A stretch of 64,000 nt of DNA, taken from Escherichia coli (lineage in GTDB: Bacteria; Pseudomonadota; Gammaproteobacteria; Enterobacterales; Enterobacteriaceae). This document shows, piece after piece, positions 1 to 9,892 of this stretch. The stretch is taken from the NCBI RefSeq assembly GCF_003334335.1, contig NZ_QOWQ01000025.1; one strand, given 5' to 3'. Within the stretch, counting starts at the first letter, position 1. Every line of letters begins with the position of its first letter. The translations under genes were made by a program, and so were the position numbers. The notes beneath the pieces were generated by a model. It was not told where the DNA came from, made no database searches, and saw only the letters and a list, made by a program, of their open reading frames with translations.

Positions 1-1155
1 CCGCACAACGCCAAGCTGAAAACCTTTATCCGTGACCTGAAACCGGTGGTGGAAATGGGGCCGGATGCGCTGATTATGTCCGATCCAGGGCTGATTATGC
101 TGGTGCGTGAGCACTTCCCTGAAATGCCGATCCACCTTTCGGTGCAGGCTAACGCCGTGAACTGGGCGACGGTGAAATTCTGGCAGCAAATGGGCCTGAC
201 CCGCGTGATCCTCTCTCGCGAGCTGTCGCTGGAAGAGATTGAAGAGATCCGCAATCAGGTGCCGGATATGGAGATCGAGATCTTCGTTCACGGCGCGCTG
301 TGCATGGCCTACTCCGGTCGCTGCCTGCTCTCTGGCTATATCAACAAGCGCGACCCGAACCAGGGCACCTGCACCAACGCCTGCCGCTGGGAGTACAACG
401 TCCAGGAAGGGAAAGAAGATGATGTTGGCAACATCGTACACAAGTACGAGCCGATTCCGGTGCAAAATGTTGAGCCGACGCTGGGTATCGGCGCACCAAC
501 CGACAAAGTGTTTATGATCGAAGAGGCCCAGCGTCCGGGCGAGTATATGACCGCGTTTGAAGATGAGCACGGCACTTACATCATGAACTCGAAAGATCTG
601 CGCGCCATCGCCCATGTAGAACGCCTGACCAAAATGGGCGTGCATTCGCTGAAAATCGAAGGTCGTACCAAATCTTTCTACTATTGTGCACGCACCGCAC
701 AGGTTTACCGCAAAGCTATCGATGACGCCGCTGCGGGAAAACCGTTCGATACCAGCCTGCTGGAAACTCTGGAAGGTCTGGCGCATCGTGGCTATACCGA
801 AGGTTTCCTGCGTCGTCATACTCACGACGATTATCAGAACTACGAATACGGTTATTCAGTTTCTGACCGCCAGCAGTTTGTTGGTGAGTTTACCGGTGAG
901 CGCAAGGGGGACCTCGCGGCGGTAGCGGTGAAAAATAAATTCTCCGTTGGCGACAGCCTTGAGCTGATGACGCCGCAAGGCAACATTAATTTTACCCTTG
1001 AGCACATGGAAAACGCCAAAGGCGAAGCTATGCCGATAGCACCAGGCGATGGTTATACTGTGTGGCTCCCGGTCCCGCAGGATCTTGAGCTCAATTACGC
1101 GCTGCTGATGCGTAATTTCTCCGGGGAAACCACGCGTAATCCCCACGGTAAGTGA
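1..1155 (+). CDS. yegQ: U32-family peptidase YegQ (TrhP), 5'-truncated by window edge
   Basis: ORF 46-1155 is in frame with position 1; protein matches the C-terminal part of E. coli YegQ as I recall it; lies immediately upstream of cyaR as in E. coli. Confidence 0.85.
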   Translation, partial: PHNAKLKTFIRDLKPVVEMGPDALIMSDPGLIMLVREHFPEMPIHLSVQANAVNWATVKFWQQMGLTRVILSRELSLEEIEEIRNQVPDMEIEIFVHGALCMAYSGRCLLSGYINKRDPNQGTCTNACRWEYNVQEGKEDDVGNIVHKYEPIPVQNVEPTLGIGAPTDKVFMIEEAQRPGEYMTAFEDEHGTYIMNSKDLRAIAHVERLTKMGVHSLKIEGRTKSFYYCARTAQVYRKAIDDAAAGKPFDTSLLETLEGLAHRGYTEGFLRRHTHDDYQNYEYGYSVSDRQQFVGEFTGERKGDLAAVAVKNKFSVGDSLELMTPQGNINFTLEHMENAKGEAMPIAPGDGYTVWLPVPQDLELNYALLMRNFSGETTRNPHGK

Positions 1156-1239
1156 TTAATTTCGATTATTTTTCCCGGATGGAAAATTCTTAGAAACCGA
1201 TCACATACAGCTGCATTTATTAAGGTTATCATCCGTTTC

Positions 1240-1326
1240 GCTGAAAAACATAACCCATAAAATGCTAGCTGTACCAGGAACCACCTCCTTAGCCTGTGTA
1301 ATCTCCCTTACACGGGCTTATTTTTT
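1240..1326 (+). ncRNA. cyaR: CyaR (RyeE) small RNA; its 3' end coincides with the prophage att core
   Basis: Sequence GCTGAAAAACATAACCCATAAAATGCTAGC...CACCTCCTTAGCC...CCCTTACACGGGCTTATTTTTT recognised as CyaR with terminal hairpin and U-run; located between yegQ and ogr. Confidence 0.8.
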
Positions 1327-1327
1327 A
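1300..1327. repeat. attL core (direct repeat AATCTCCCTTACACGGGCTTATTTTTTA)
   Basis: Identical 28-bp sequence found again at 34981-35008 immediately after int. Confidence 0.85.
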
Positions 1328-1390
1328 CGTACAATAAATTGAAATAAAAGGATTTATTTCTGGTCACGTCCACACATTGACCACATCGAC

Positions 1391-1414
1391 AAAAAAGCCC
1401 CTCGACTGAGGGGC
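1391..1414 (-). terminator. Rho-independent terminator downstream of ogr
   Basis: Minus-strand hairpin GCCCCTC-AGTC-GAGGGGC followed by TTTTTT. Confidence 0.55.
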
Positions 1415-1427
1415 TTCCTGTTTGTAA

Positions 1428-1646
1428 TTACATCCACATAATTTGCTGCCCTGACGGCAACGGGTGCGGTCTTACGGCGTGGACTTCTCCCGGCTTCACG
1501 ATGTATCGCTGTACCGACTCATAAGTGATGAACGTGGCGCTGCAATTCACGTTCTGACACTGGTGATAACGCTCTTTTGTCGTGTCAGTGATATAGCGGC
1601 TTGTACGCGCATGTGCGGCATGCTGGCATAAAGGACAATGAAACAT
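1428..1646 (-). CDS. ogr: Ogr zinc-finger late-gene transcription activator (72 aa)
   Basis: MFHCPLCQHAAHARTSRYI...CQNVNCSATF four-Cys zinc finger; start trimmed to the Met giving the 72-aa P2 Ogr length. Confidence 0.9.
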   Translation of the reverse strand: MFHCPLCQHAAHARTSRYITDTTKERYHQCQNVNCSATFITYESVQRYIVKPGEVHAVRPHPLPSGQQIMWM

Positions 1647-1727
1647 CGCGAGCACCTCTTCCGGTTTTGTTGATGTTGCCATTTTAGTTAATTTATCCTT
1701 ATAAAACAAACAGATAAATAAAACACA

Positions 1728-2891
1728 TCACTCATCATCTTCTGTTTCGTACTCCACATCAGAAAGCCTTACCTCAAGCTCCAAAGACGTCGTGAAGCCG
1801 CTATTATTCAGAAAATGTGTCACCTTAGTGATTGTCCAGTCCTGCTCGTCTATGACGCGCTTAAAGCCTGACACTTTAACCGGTGTTTCCGTGTAAATAT
1901 CTGCCCGACCGGTAGCCAGGCTGATGGAGAACTCCGCGACGCCCCGTTGCAGTTTGTCCCACTTAGCCTGAGCGGCGCGCATGGCCTGCGCTTTTGTGGC
2001 ATATACCGTGGTCAGGGCAAAAACGTTGTCAGCCTCACCGGCCATGTATTCACCTTCGCGCGCTTCCGGTACTTTTGGCGCTTTCTTCTGCGTGACTGGT
2101 TTCGCTTTCGGGTGCTCCAGTGCGCGCAGGTGTTTCTCTTTCTTTTTGCGCTTCAGTTTTACCTTCTGCTTTTGTGGCTTCGGGTCTTTGGTGTGTAACC
2201 ACTTTGCCGTTACGCCGGTATAGGCTCCACGGTCAGCAATCGCAAAATGATGGCGGTCGCCGTCGCTGCGGGTGATGGTAATCTGCGGGATTTTTTTACC
2301 GCTGGCCGTCACCCCCTGCCCCGCTTTGAGAAACAGCAGTTTTCCCATTTTTACCGACACCTCGCCGCCGTTGCGTTCAGCAAGGCGGGTCAGGAATTTT
2401 GCATCAGACTCCTGCGACTGGTCGATGTGCGGGATTTTAATTCCGGCCAGTGACGGAGCGACACTGGCTTCCAGCCTGTTACGGGAGGCTATCGCCTCAA
2501 CAATCGCACCGAGCGTGGTGTCATGCCAGGAGCCTTCCCGGCGGGAATTGAGCGTCCCGCGGAAATCTGCACTCCGGGCGCGGATGGTGACCACATCCGG
2601 CGCGCCCCGGTGTTCAACCTCATCAACGGTGAATTTCCCTTTGCATACCAGGGCAAAACCTTTCCAGCCGATATACACCGTCAGGACAGCGCCACGAACC
2701 GGCAGCCCGACCTGCCCGTCGGCATCGTTCAGTTCAATATCAAGCTGGTCAGCTTCAAAGCCCCGGTTATCCGTCAGAGTCATGCTCATCAGACGGTCGC
2801 TGATATTGCCGGTAATATCCCTGCTGTCGAGCATCAGCATGTAATCCGGCGTCAGCGTACTGCCTGCATCAAATGTCAGCGCATCCAGCAT
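1728..2891 (-). CDS. D: Tail protein D (late control gene D)
   Basis: 387-aa ORF, same length and position as P2 gpD next to ogr. Confidence 0.85.
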   Translation of the reverse strand: MLDALTFDAGSTLTPDYMLMLDSRDITGNISDRLMSMTLTDNRGFEADQLDIELNDADGQVGLPVRGAVLTVYIGWKGFALVCKGKFTVDEVEHRGAPDVVTIRARSADFRGTLNSRREGSWHDTTLGAIVEAIASRNRLEASVAPSLAGIKIPHIDQSQESDAKFLTRLAERNGGEVSVKMGKLLFLKAGQGVTASGKKIPQITITRSDGDRHHFAIADRGAYTGVTAKWLHTKDPKPQKQKVKLKRKKKEKHLRALEHPKAKPVTQKKAPKVPEAREGEYMAGEADNVFALTTVYATKAQAMRAAQAKWDKLQRGVAEFSISLATGRADIYTETPVKVSGFKRVIDEQDWTITKVTHFLNNSGFTTSLELEVRLSDVEYETEDDE

Positions 2892-3370
2892 TATCCCGCC
2901 CCCATCATACCTGTGAATCTGGTCGCCAGACTGCCGGCCTTACCGATGAGCGATTCCGCCTGTTTACCAATATCGCCATAAAGCGCGGCCAGTGATTCAT
3001 CAACGCGGGTGAGCGACAGCGTAAAATCAATTTTCCGGGGTGTGCCGTCTGCAAAGAAAATACTCCCTGTTTCACTCACCCTGCTGATGACATACATACC
3101 GTAAATCATGCCGGTGCCATCCAGCAACGGCCACGCCCGGCCTTCCTCTGCCATCAGCCTGAGCGTGGTCATCGTCAGCTTCCCGCCGGTCAGTTCGGGA
3201 TAAAGCACACCGGCAAGCGTGATGTTTTCCTCGCCCACACCGAGAAACTGAAGGGCATCCCGTTTACCGATACGGGAATTTGACGGCCAGCGATAATCTG
3301 ATTCACGCTGCATGGTCTGGTGTGGCAGCGTCTGGCGCATAAAAACAAACATACCTAACGCGAGCATCAT
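2891..3370 (-). CDS. U: Tail protein U
   Basis: 159-aa ORF between T and D, as in P2. Confidence 0.8.
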   Translation of the reverse strand: MMLALGMFVFMRQTLPHQTMQRESDYRWPSNSRIGKRDALQFLGVGEENITLAGVLYPELTGGKLTMTTLRLMAEEGRAWPLLDGTGMIYGMYVISRVSETGSIFFADGTPRKIDFTLSLTRVDESLAALYGDIGKQAESLIGKAGSLATRFTGMMGAG

Positions 3371-3384
3371 TTTTCGTCACCTCC

Positions 3385-5832
3385 TTAACCGTCATGCATC
3401 ATGCTGGCACGGGCGCGCGCACGTTTATCCCGCTCGTATTTTTCGAGCGCATCCTGTAACTGGCGGTCGAGCTGAGTCCCCGGCGCAGTACCGCCCGTCA
3501 GACTGATGTGATATTCGTTTTTACTCTGGTCCACATAAGAGCGGCCAGCCGGTGCCGTAACCGGCTGATAAGCCTGATAACCTGCATAAGAGCTGGTCGC
3601 CGGAATATAACCACCGGTGCCATACGTGGCGGCATGAGTTCTGGCGGCGGTCTGGTCAAGTGTGTCTGACTCTTTGTTGATAACACCGAGTTTTTCCAGT
3701 ACCCAGTCAATACCGCTGCGCAGTTTGTTGAACGCATTAAGCGGCAGCATCAGCGCGTCAGCCAGTGCCTGCCCGAACATGACGCCCGTGTCACGGCAAC
3801 GGTTCAGGGTGTCCCGGGTGGCTTTGACCGGGGCAATCAGGTTTTTAAACCACTGCCACGCGGCCTGTAACTTTTCACCCAGCCAGTTAAACAGCGGCTT
3901 AAGTGGCGTGAACAGTTCCCCCACCGGCGCAAATGCCGCTTTCAGCCCTTCAACCACACCGCCAAAGAATGCGCTGACAGGCTCCCAGTATTTACGGATA
4001 AGCAACGCCCCGGCGACAATGGCAGCCACCACGGCCACAACCGGCCAGCTAATCGCACTGATGGCCGTCATAACGGCACTACCAACCGTCGTGAAGATTG
4101 CCCCCATTGCGCCTGCTGCCGCGATAATGGCATTGATGCCGGTGATAACCGGCCAGGCTACGAGGCCAATGGCACCGATGACACCAATCAGCGCCAGTGC
4201 ACCACCGACAATGATGCCGATGGTTGACGCCAGTGATTTGTTTTTCTGTATCCAGCCGTCGAGTTTTAACACATACTTTGTGGCCGTCTGCGTGAGCTTA
4301 CGCAGTGCGCCTTCCTGCTGGTCAAACAGGTCAGTCCCCACCGCCTCATAAGCGGACTGAAACTCCTTAAAGTCACCGCCGAGGTTGTCCTGCATGATAT
4401 TTACCAGCTCAGCGGTCTTCCCGTCTGAGGCTTTAAACGCAGCGGTCAGTTTGTCCAGCTTTCCAGTTGAGGCGGCAGTCATCAGCACGGCGGCGGCTGA
4501 GCTGGCCTCCTCCCCGAAAATAGTTTTCATGTATTCAGCCTGCTGGGCAGTACCGAGCCGGTTTTTCTCAAAACTGGCCTGCATTTCTTTCAGAATGGTA
4601 AATACTGGTCGGGTGTTTCCCTTGCTGTCTGAGGTTTTCACACCAAGCTCTTTGAGTGCATCCCATGCTTTTCCCGTCGGTGCCTGCAGGCGGCTTAACA
4701 CGGCACGGCTTCCCGTCCCCGCCATTGAACCAGTAATTTTTGCGTCATGCAGCGCCCCGACCATTGCGGCGGTTTCTTCAATGCTGACACCGGCATTTTT
4801 TGCCACTGGTGCGGCATAGGTCAGCGCATCGCTCATACCGTCAAAATCGGCGGCGGTTTTGTTCATCGTCATGGAGAGAACATCCCCGATATGAGCGACC
4901 TTATCGTTTGAAAGCTGAAAGGCGGATTTCATCCCCATCAGCAGGGCGGCGTTTTCTTCCATCGTGCGACGGTTCGCCAGCGCCATATTCAGCGTGACCG
5001 GCGTTGCCGCCTGAATGGCATCAACATCCCCACCGGCTTTCGCAATAATAATCTGCGCACCGGCTGCATCATCTGCCGAGGCTGCGGTATTGTCGCCGAG
5101 CTGGCGCGCCTGCTTGCGTAGTGCAGCCATTTCGGCGGAGTCTTTTGCCACACCGAGCACGGCCTGCAATTCTGAGTTTTTCTGCGCAAACTCATAACCG
5201 GGCATCAGCAACTTAACTCCGGCCATCGTTCCCGCAGCAGCAATCCCCACACCGGCAGCGCCCACTGAGGCCATATTTCCGGCCAGTTCCTTTCCGGCCT
5301 GATAACGCTGTTTGACTGCGTTAAGTTTTGCCTGTTGTGCGCTGACACGCGCCAGTGCATCGCGCTGACGGTTAAGTTGTGCGGTGGTTTCACTGATACG
5401 GTTTTTCAGCCCCTGCTCATCATGTGCAAGATTGCGGGTATTAATTCCCACAGCGGCCAGTTCCCGCTGCTGGCGTTTAACAGAATCCGTCAGGCGGTTA
5501 TATTTCGCCTGTAAGTCCTCCGCCGCACGCTTTGCGGATTCCAGCACTTTCGCCTGAGCACGGGTTGGACGTTCGGTGTTTTTAAACTGTGTGGCAAGGG
5601 CTTCGGCCTCCTGCCGTGCCTTTTCAAGTGCATGACCAGTCACGGCGAGCTGTGCACTGGTCTTGCGGAATCCCTCAATACGGGATGCGTGACCGTTCAG
5701 CTCGCGCAGTGATTTTTGTGTTTCCCGGATATCCCCCGACAGCGACCTGCTCGCTGTACGGATGGATTTAAACGGGCGGGATGCCTGGTCAACAGCCCTG
5801 AGCAATACCTGTAATTTTACATTGTTACTCAT
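3385..5832 (-). CDS. T: Tail tape measure protein T
   Basis: 815-aa ORF with coiled-coil N-terminus, Ala/Gly-rich hydrophobic central region; P2 gpT length and position. Confidence 0.9.
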   Translation of the reverse strand: MSNNVKLQVLLRAVDQASRPFKSIRTASRSLSGDIRETQKSLRELNGHASRIEGFRKTSAQLAVTGHALEKARQEAEALATQFKNTERPTRAQAKVLESAKRAAEDLQAKYNRLTDSVKRQQRELAAVGINTRNLAHDEQGLKNRISETTAQLNRQRDALARVSAQQAKLNAVKQRYQAGKELAGNMASVGAAGVGIAAAGTMAGVKLLMPGYEFAQKNSELQAVLGVAKDSAEMAALRKQARQLGDNTAASADDAAGAQIIIAKAGGDVDAIQAATPVTLNMALANRRTMEENAALLMGMKSAFQLSNDKVAHIGDVLSMTMNKTAADFDGMSDALTYAAPVAKNAGVSIEETAAMVGALHDAKITGSMAGTGSRAVLSRLQAPTGKAWDALKELGVKTSDSKGNTRPVFTILKEMQASFEKNRLGTAQQAEYMKTIFGEEASSAAAVLMTAASTGKLDKLTAAFKASDGKTAELVNIMQDNLGGDFKEFQSAYEAVGTDLFDQQEGALRKLTQTATKYVLKLDGWIQKNKSLASTIGIIVGGALALIGVIGAIGLVAWPVITGINAIIAAAGAMGAIFTTVGSAVMTAISAISWPVVAVVAAIVAGALLIRKYWEPVSAFFGGVVEGLKAAFAPVGELFTPLKPLFNWLGEKLQAAWQWFKNLIAPVKATRDTLNRCRDTGVMFGQALADALMLPLNAFNKLRSGIDWVLEKLGVINKESDTLDQTAARTHAATYGTGGYIPATSSYAGYQAYQPVTAPAGRSYVDQSKNEYHISLTGGTAPGTQLDRQLQDALEKYERDKRARARASMMHDG

Positions 5833-6252
5833 TCGTGTTTCCGCTTCGCCGGAGTGCCTTTTCGCGCCATGTGATGAGTTCGGTCAGGCTCATGGGATAC
5901 AGTTCTGATGGCGGCCAGTGAAATATCACTGCCACATCCGCCATCAGGTCATCGACCGAGAGATTTTTCGGAAACGTTACTGCACCGAGTTCGGCGACAA
6001 AAAACCGACCACCTTACCGGCCAGCGCCACAAGGTCAGGCAGTTCCAGCGCGGCGACCTCCTGCTCGGTCAGCATCGGTGCCGTCATGCGCGGCAGTACC
6101 TTAATCAGTGCATCGACTTCGGAGTTTGCAACCGCAGCCAGACTGACACCGCGCAGCGTCCCCGCACTGGGTTTCATCAGCGTGACCTGTTCGATAACCT
6201 GCTCACCACGCTTGACCGGATTGTCCAGGGTAATCACATTTTCTTTGTTCAT
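5825..6252 (-). CDS. Tail assembly chaperone E+E' (programmed -1 frameshift product)
   Basis: Slippery heptamer T TTT TTG at minus-strand 6004-5998; my manual translation of the -1 frame runs to TAA at 5827-5825, overlapping the T start codon. Confidence 0.7.
5977..6252 (-). CDS. E: Tail assembly chaperone E
   Basis: 91-aa ORF directly upstream of T; contains TTTTTTG slippery site. Confidence 0.85.
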   Translation of the reverse strand: MNKENVITLDNPVKRGEQVIEQVTLMKPSAGTLRGVSLAAVANSEVDALIKVLPRMTAPMLTEQEVAALELPDLVALAGKVVGFLSPNSVQ

Positions 6253-6308
6253 GGTTTTCTCACTTCTGAATCAGGGTTAACCGGTCAGCCAGGCTGACCG
6301 GATGAAAA

Positions 6309-6827
6309 TCACAGGCCGATATTTCGGCGGTGTTGCTCCAGCCGGTCGACGCCGTTCACCTTCTCAATCATGTTGATGGTGTCGATTTCGACCAGCTCCT
6401 TACCGTCCATCGTCAGCCGGAAATAGGTGCAGACCACGGAGATTTTCGACTCGGTGTCTTCTCCCTGTTTACCCTCGCCGGTGTCGATTTCTTTCTGACG
6501 TCCACGCATGACCACTTCGACGGCCACCGTTTCGCCGGTATCGTCGCGCTGGTAAGAACCGGCAAAACGAATCGGCACGGCATCCACACCGGTTGCGGCG
6601 TAAAGCTCCCAGATAACCGAATCCGGGAAGCCACCGAGCGACCACTCCATTGACAGCGCATCGTCATCAAGGCCGAGGTCTACCGGTGCGCTTCCGTTCA
6701 TCCCCGCACCGCGATAGTTTTCGAGCTTACGGGTCAGTTTTGGCAGCGTGACGGACTTTGCAACGCCCTGATAGCTGTAGCCGTTCAGAAAGACGTTCAT
6801 TAACTTGAGTTTGCGCGGCATTGCCAT
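6309..6827 (-). CDS. FII: Tail tube protein FII
   Basis: 172-aa ORF, P2 gpFII length and position. Confidence 0.85.
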   Translation of the reverse strand: MAMPRKLKLMNVFLNGYSYQGVAKSVTLPKLTRKLENYRGAGMNGSAPVDLGLDDDALSMEWSLGGFPDSVIWELYAATGVDAVPIRFAGSYQRDDTGETVAVEVVMRGRQKEIDTGEGKQGEDTESKISVVCTYFRLTMDGKELVEIDTINMIEKVNGVDRLEQHRRNIGL

Positions 6828-6839
6828 CGGTCAGGCTCC

Positions 6840-8030
6840 TTAATTGCTGTTAACCGAAGTGACCAGATTTGCCAGGTATTTATCGGTAATACGCTGGCGC
6901 AGGGTCAGGTTTTCAAGAGGAGGCACCGGGGTATAGTCGTAGTCGATATACAGTTTTCCGGCCTTGAGGGTTTCCGCATCGTTGGATTCTTCGCTGAACC
7001 AGCAGGTCGCATCCACGATATAGCCGTTTGTTTTCAGCTCACGGAATTTGGCATTGATGCCGTCAACGATGTCGCGAATCAGCGTTGCGGTGATGGGCTT
7101 GTCCACCGCCCACATGTGCGCCTCAGCCATCGTGTCGGCCAGCACCTGCGCGGTGCGGGTGTAGTTTTCAAAGAGGAACAGCGGGTCATCCGAGCAGGTA
7201 CGGTTACCCCAGAAGCGGAAACCGTCACGGCGAATCAGCGTTGTGACACCTGACTCATTAAGCAGGTCAGCATCGGTGCCGGACTCCTGCAAATCCCAGA
7301 ATACAGAGGCACTGATGCCGGTAACACCGTTTACCCCGACATTGGACAGCGTTTTATGCCATCCCTGCTCCTGGTCGATTCTGGCACGCAACCCCAGCGC
7401 ACGGGCGGTGGCATACGCGGTGGCGGTGGTACTGGTGACCGTATCCCATGCGAGGAAATCCGGCCAGATGACCATCAGCTCACGCTGGCTGAAATTCTGG
7501 CGGTAGGCTTTCACCTCGGAAATGGTCTTACAGCCCCATGCGCTGATATATCCGAAAGCACGCAGCTTCTGACAGACGGATGCCAGTGCAACAGCCACCT
7601 CTTTGGTATCCAGTCCCGGCACACCGAGAATACGCGGTTTAACACCGGTTACCGACTCCGCCGCCAGCAGGGCTTTCAGTCCGGTGTACTGACCGTTTTC
7701 GTCGGTGGTGCCGATGATATTGGAAACGGTCTGCGCGAGTTTCGTTTCCTCGTCGTCGCCGGTGCCGTCTTCCACACGCACGACAACGGTGACCGGTTTT
7801 GACTGGTCGGCGATGGCCTGCAACGATGCCGCCAGCGTGCCTTTTTTACCGGCCTTTGCAATTGCGCTCTGTACATTGGTTATCAGCACCGGTTTATTGA
7901 GGGGGAAGGTTTCCGCATCCGCATCGCTGGCCGTGCAGACCATGCCGACAATGGCCGTGGATACGGTGGAAATGACGCGGGTGCCGTCGTTAATCTCCAG
8001 CACCTGCACGCCGTGATGATAGTCACTCAT
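6840..8030 (-). CDS. FI: Contractile tail sheath protein FI
   Basis: 396-aa ORF, P2 gpFI length and position. Confidence 0.9.
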   Translation of the reverse strand: MSDYHHGVQVLEINDGTRVISTVSTAIVGMVCTASDADAETFPLNKPVLITNVQSAIAKAGKKGTLAASLQAIADQSKPVTVVVRVEDGTGDDEETKLAQTVSNIIGTTDENGQYTGLKALLAAESVTGVKPRILGVPGLDTKEVAVALASVCQKLRAFGYISAWGCKTISEVKAYRQNFSQRELMVIWPDFLAWDTVTSTTATAYATARALGLRARIDQEQGWHKTLSNVGVNGVTGISASVFWDLQESGTDADLLNESGVTTLIRRDGFRFWGNRTCSDDPLFLFENYTRTAQVLADTMAEAHMWAVDKPITATLIRDIVDGINAKFRELKTNGYIVDATCWFSEESNDAETLKAGKLYIDYDYTPVPPLENLTLRQRITDKYLANLVTSVNSN

Positions 8031-8130
8031 CCGTTTAACTCCGTGGTTAATGGGTGCAACTATTTTCTGTTGTGCAGAGTATGAGGCGCTATTTGACCTG
8101 GCTGGTCAGTGGATGAAACAACAGATAAAG

Positions 8131-8165
8131 AAAAGGCGGGCAATTCGCCCGCCTGTCCTGATTTG
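8131..8165 (-). terminator. Putative rho-independent terminator between the cargo locus and FI
   Basis: Minus-strand hairpin GGCGGGC-GAATT-GCCCGCC followed by TTTTCTTTAT. Confidence 0.45.
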
Positions 8166-8430
8166 TACTCACTCATTTTCCGCCTGACAATTTACATAGC
8201 CCAAATGCTATCAAATCTGACAGCCTGCTTTGAGCGAGTAACTAAATTTGATTTAAATAAATTATAAGGATTCAAATGTTATTGGCACAAATTCCTGAGA
8301 TGCAAACAGTCACACTAAGTGTTCAAACAAGGTTCTGGACTACGGCTAACTCATCAGTTAAGTTTGTTTCCGACCTGTCGTTTCTTCCCTGTCAGGAGTC
8401 ACTTTTCGTGTTATTTTTTAAGGATGTTTT

Positions 8431-9210
8431 ATGAGTAATGAAACACAATCATTCCTTAGTCAATTGCTAATATCCATAATCTCTATATCTTTAGGGTCAT
8501 TTCTTTTTGCTGGAATCCTAGAGAGCTACAAAAAAGACCAAGATCTTCAGGAGGAGTTTATAAAGGATTACTTTAGGCCAATGATGAAATTACAAAGTTC
8601 TTGTTCATCTTCACATAATGAACTATTTCTAAAGTATGGAGAGTTATCTGCTTCTTATCAGCTCATGTATAATGAAATAGTACATATGGCAATGAGCCCT
8701 GATTCAGAATTAGGACAACATTATGAAGTTCTCCCGATATCTCTTATTAAAACAAATGAAGAGTTAAAAAAAAGAGTTGAAGATCTTGAAATGACGGTAA
8801 AAAAATGCAATGTCGATTTATTCCTTAAGTACGAAGAGCTTGCATTAGTTACTGGTTCATATCCAGAGTTTAAGAGGCTGGCGAAAAAACACACTGACAC
8901 AATTAACTCCATCTATTCAGAAAGACAAAAAAAAGCAAAGGGAAATGCAAAAAATATAGACCCTGATCAACTAATTCCATTGATGCGGAAATATATTGCC
9001 ATGGATCCACACACCAATGTAAACAAATCCATGCTTGCCAGTGAAATTGATAACATATCTAAACTAACAACACAGCATAATTTGATAATGGCAGAATATG
9101 AGGAGTTAATTTTCAAAGAAGATAATGATTTATTTATAACTCTTCATGATCTTTATGCAATCAAAATTAGTGAAAAGTATTCAGGTGGATTTATCAGTTG
9201 GATATTTTAA
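8431..9210 (+). CDS. Cargo protein at the Z/fun position: N-terminal TM anchor plus coiled-coil domain, function unknown
   Basis: 259-aa ORF, SD AAGGA 7 nt upstream of ATG, about 33% GC versus about 55% in flanking tail genes, opposite strand to flanking phage genes; hydrophobic segment LLISIISISLGSFLFAGIL. Confidence 0.7.
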   Translation: MSNETQSFLSQLLISIISISLGSFLFAGILESYKKDQDLQEEFIKDYFRPMMKLQSSCSSSHNELFLKYGELSASYQLMYNEIVHMAMSPDSELGQHYEVLPISLIKTNEELKKRVEDLEMTVKKCNVDLFLKYEELALVTGSYPEFKRLAKKHTDTINSIYSERQKKAKGNAKNIDPDQLIPLMRKYIAMDPHTNVNKSMLASEIDNISKLTTQHNLIMAEYEELIFKEDNDLFITLHDLYAIKISEKYSGGFISWIF

Positions 9211-9361
9211 AACATGATAACTCATCAGATACAATGCTAACTATGTAGAACGCGTAAATCTGTGAAGGTTACCAATGTGTTAGGTAATGTCCGCTCCTTG
9301 CACAGAGCGGACTGTCAGATTAGGCTTTACTCTGTGCTATAGATATGTCAGCTCATACAAC

Positions 9362-9889
9362 TTATTGCGGCATTTCCGGCCATTCAGGATTTGCAGGATC
9401 CACACGGCTGACCAGAACACTGTAGCGTTCCCATGCTTCCAGTCGGCTACGCTCCTCATCTGTTGCCATGTTCAGCCTGACAGCGCGCTCCAGTGGCTGA
9501 ATAACGCTTTCCGCTTCGGAAAGTAACGCGGCCTTTTGTGATTCTGCCTGTTGTTGCTGTTCGTCTGCCGTATAAATCCGCTTAATCACGGCACCATCCT
9601 TAAACATCCATTTACCTGAGTCATCAGCACGTCGGTTGGCGGTAATATCAGGAACCTCGACAACGTTAAAACCTTCAGGGTTAAGCGTTGAAGCATCTCT
9701 GGTGATGCCGACAATTATATTATTCTCGTCGTAAACAATCTTTATCGTGTCTTCCTGAAAATTACTTACTTCCTCATACCAGTTTTTTCCCTCTTCGGAC
9801 CATAACCAGATAACATCAAAATTTTTTGTCAGTTGATATTGGGCAACAGTTTTTGGATTACCCGCAGTAATATTTTTTAAATGCTGCAT
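9362..9889 (-). CDS. G: Tail fiber assembly protein G
   Basis: 175-aa ORF directly downstream of tail fiber H. Confidence 0.8.
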   Translation of the reverse strand: MQHLKNITAGNPKTVAQYQLTKNFDVIWLWSEEGKNWYEEVSNFQEDTIKIVYDENNIIVGITRDASTLNPEGFNVVEVPDITANRRADDSGKWMFKDGAVIKRIYTADEQQQQAESQKAALLSEAESVIQPLERAVRLNMATDEERSRLEAWERYSVLVSRVDPANPEWPEMPQ

Positions 9890-9892
9890 AAA

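Noticed and set aside
1428-1709. Longer 93-aa version of the ogr ORF
   Set aside because: The conserved Ogr zinc-finger protein starts at the internal Met (MFHCPLCQH); the upstream extension reads through the intergenic region.
3498-5393. Multiple ORFs of 60-230 aa on both strands overlapping tape-measure gene T (for example 3662-4351, 4385-4819)
   Set aside because: They lie entirely within a long, well-supported GC-rich coding region and have Ala/Ser/Pro/Arg-rich low-complexity translations typical of alternative-frame artefacts.
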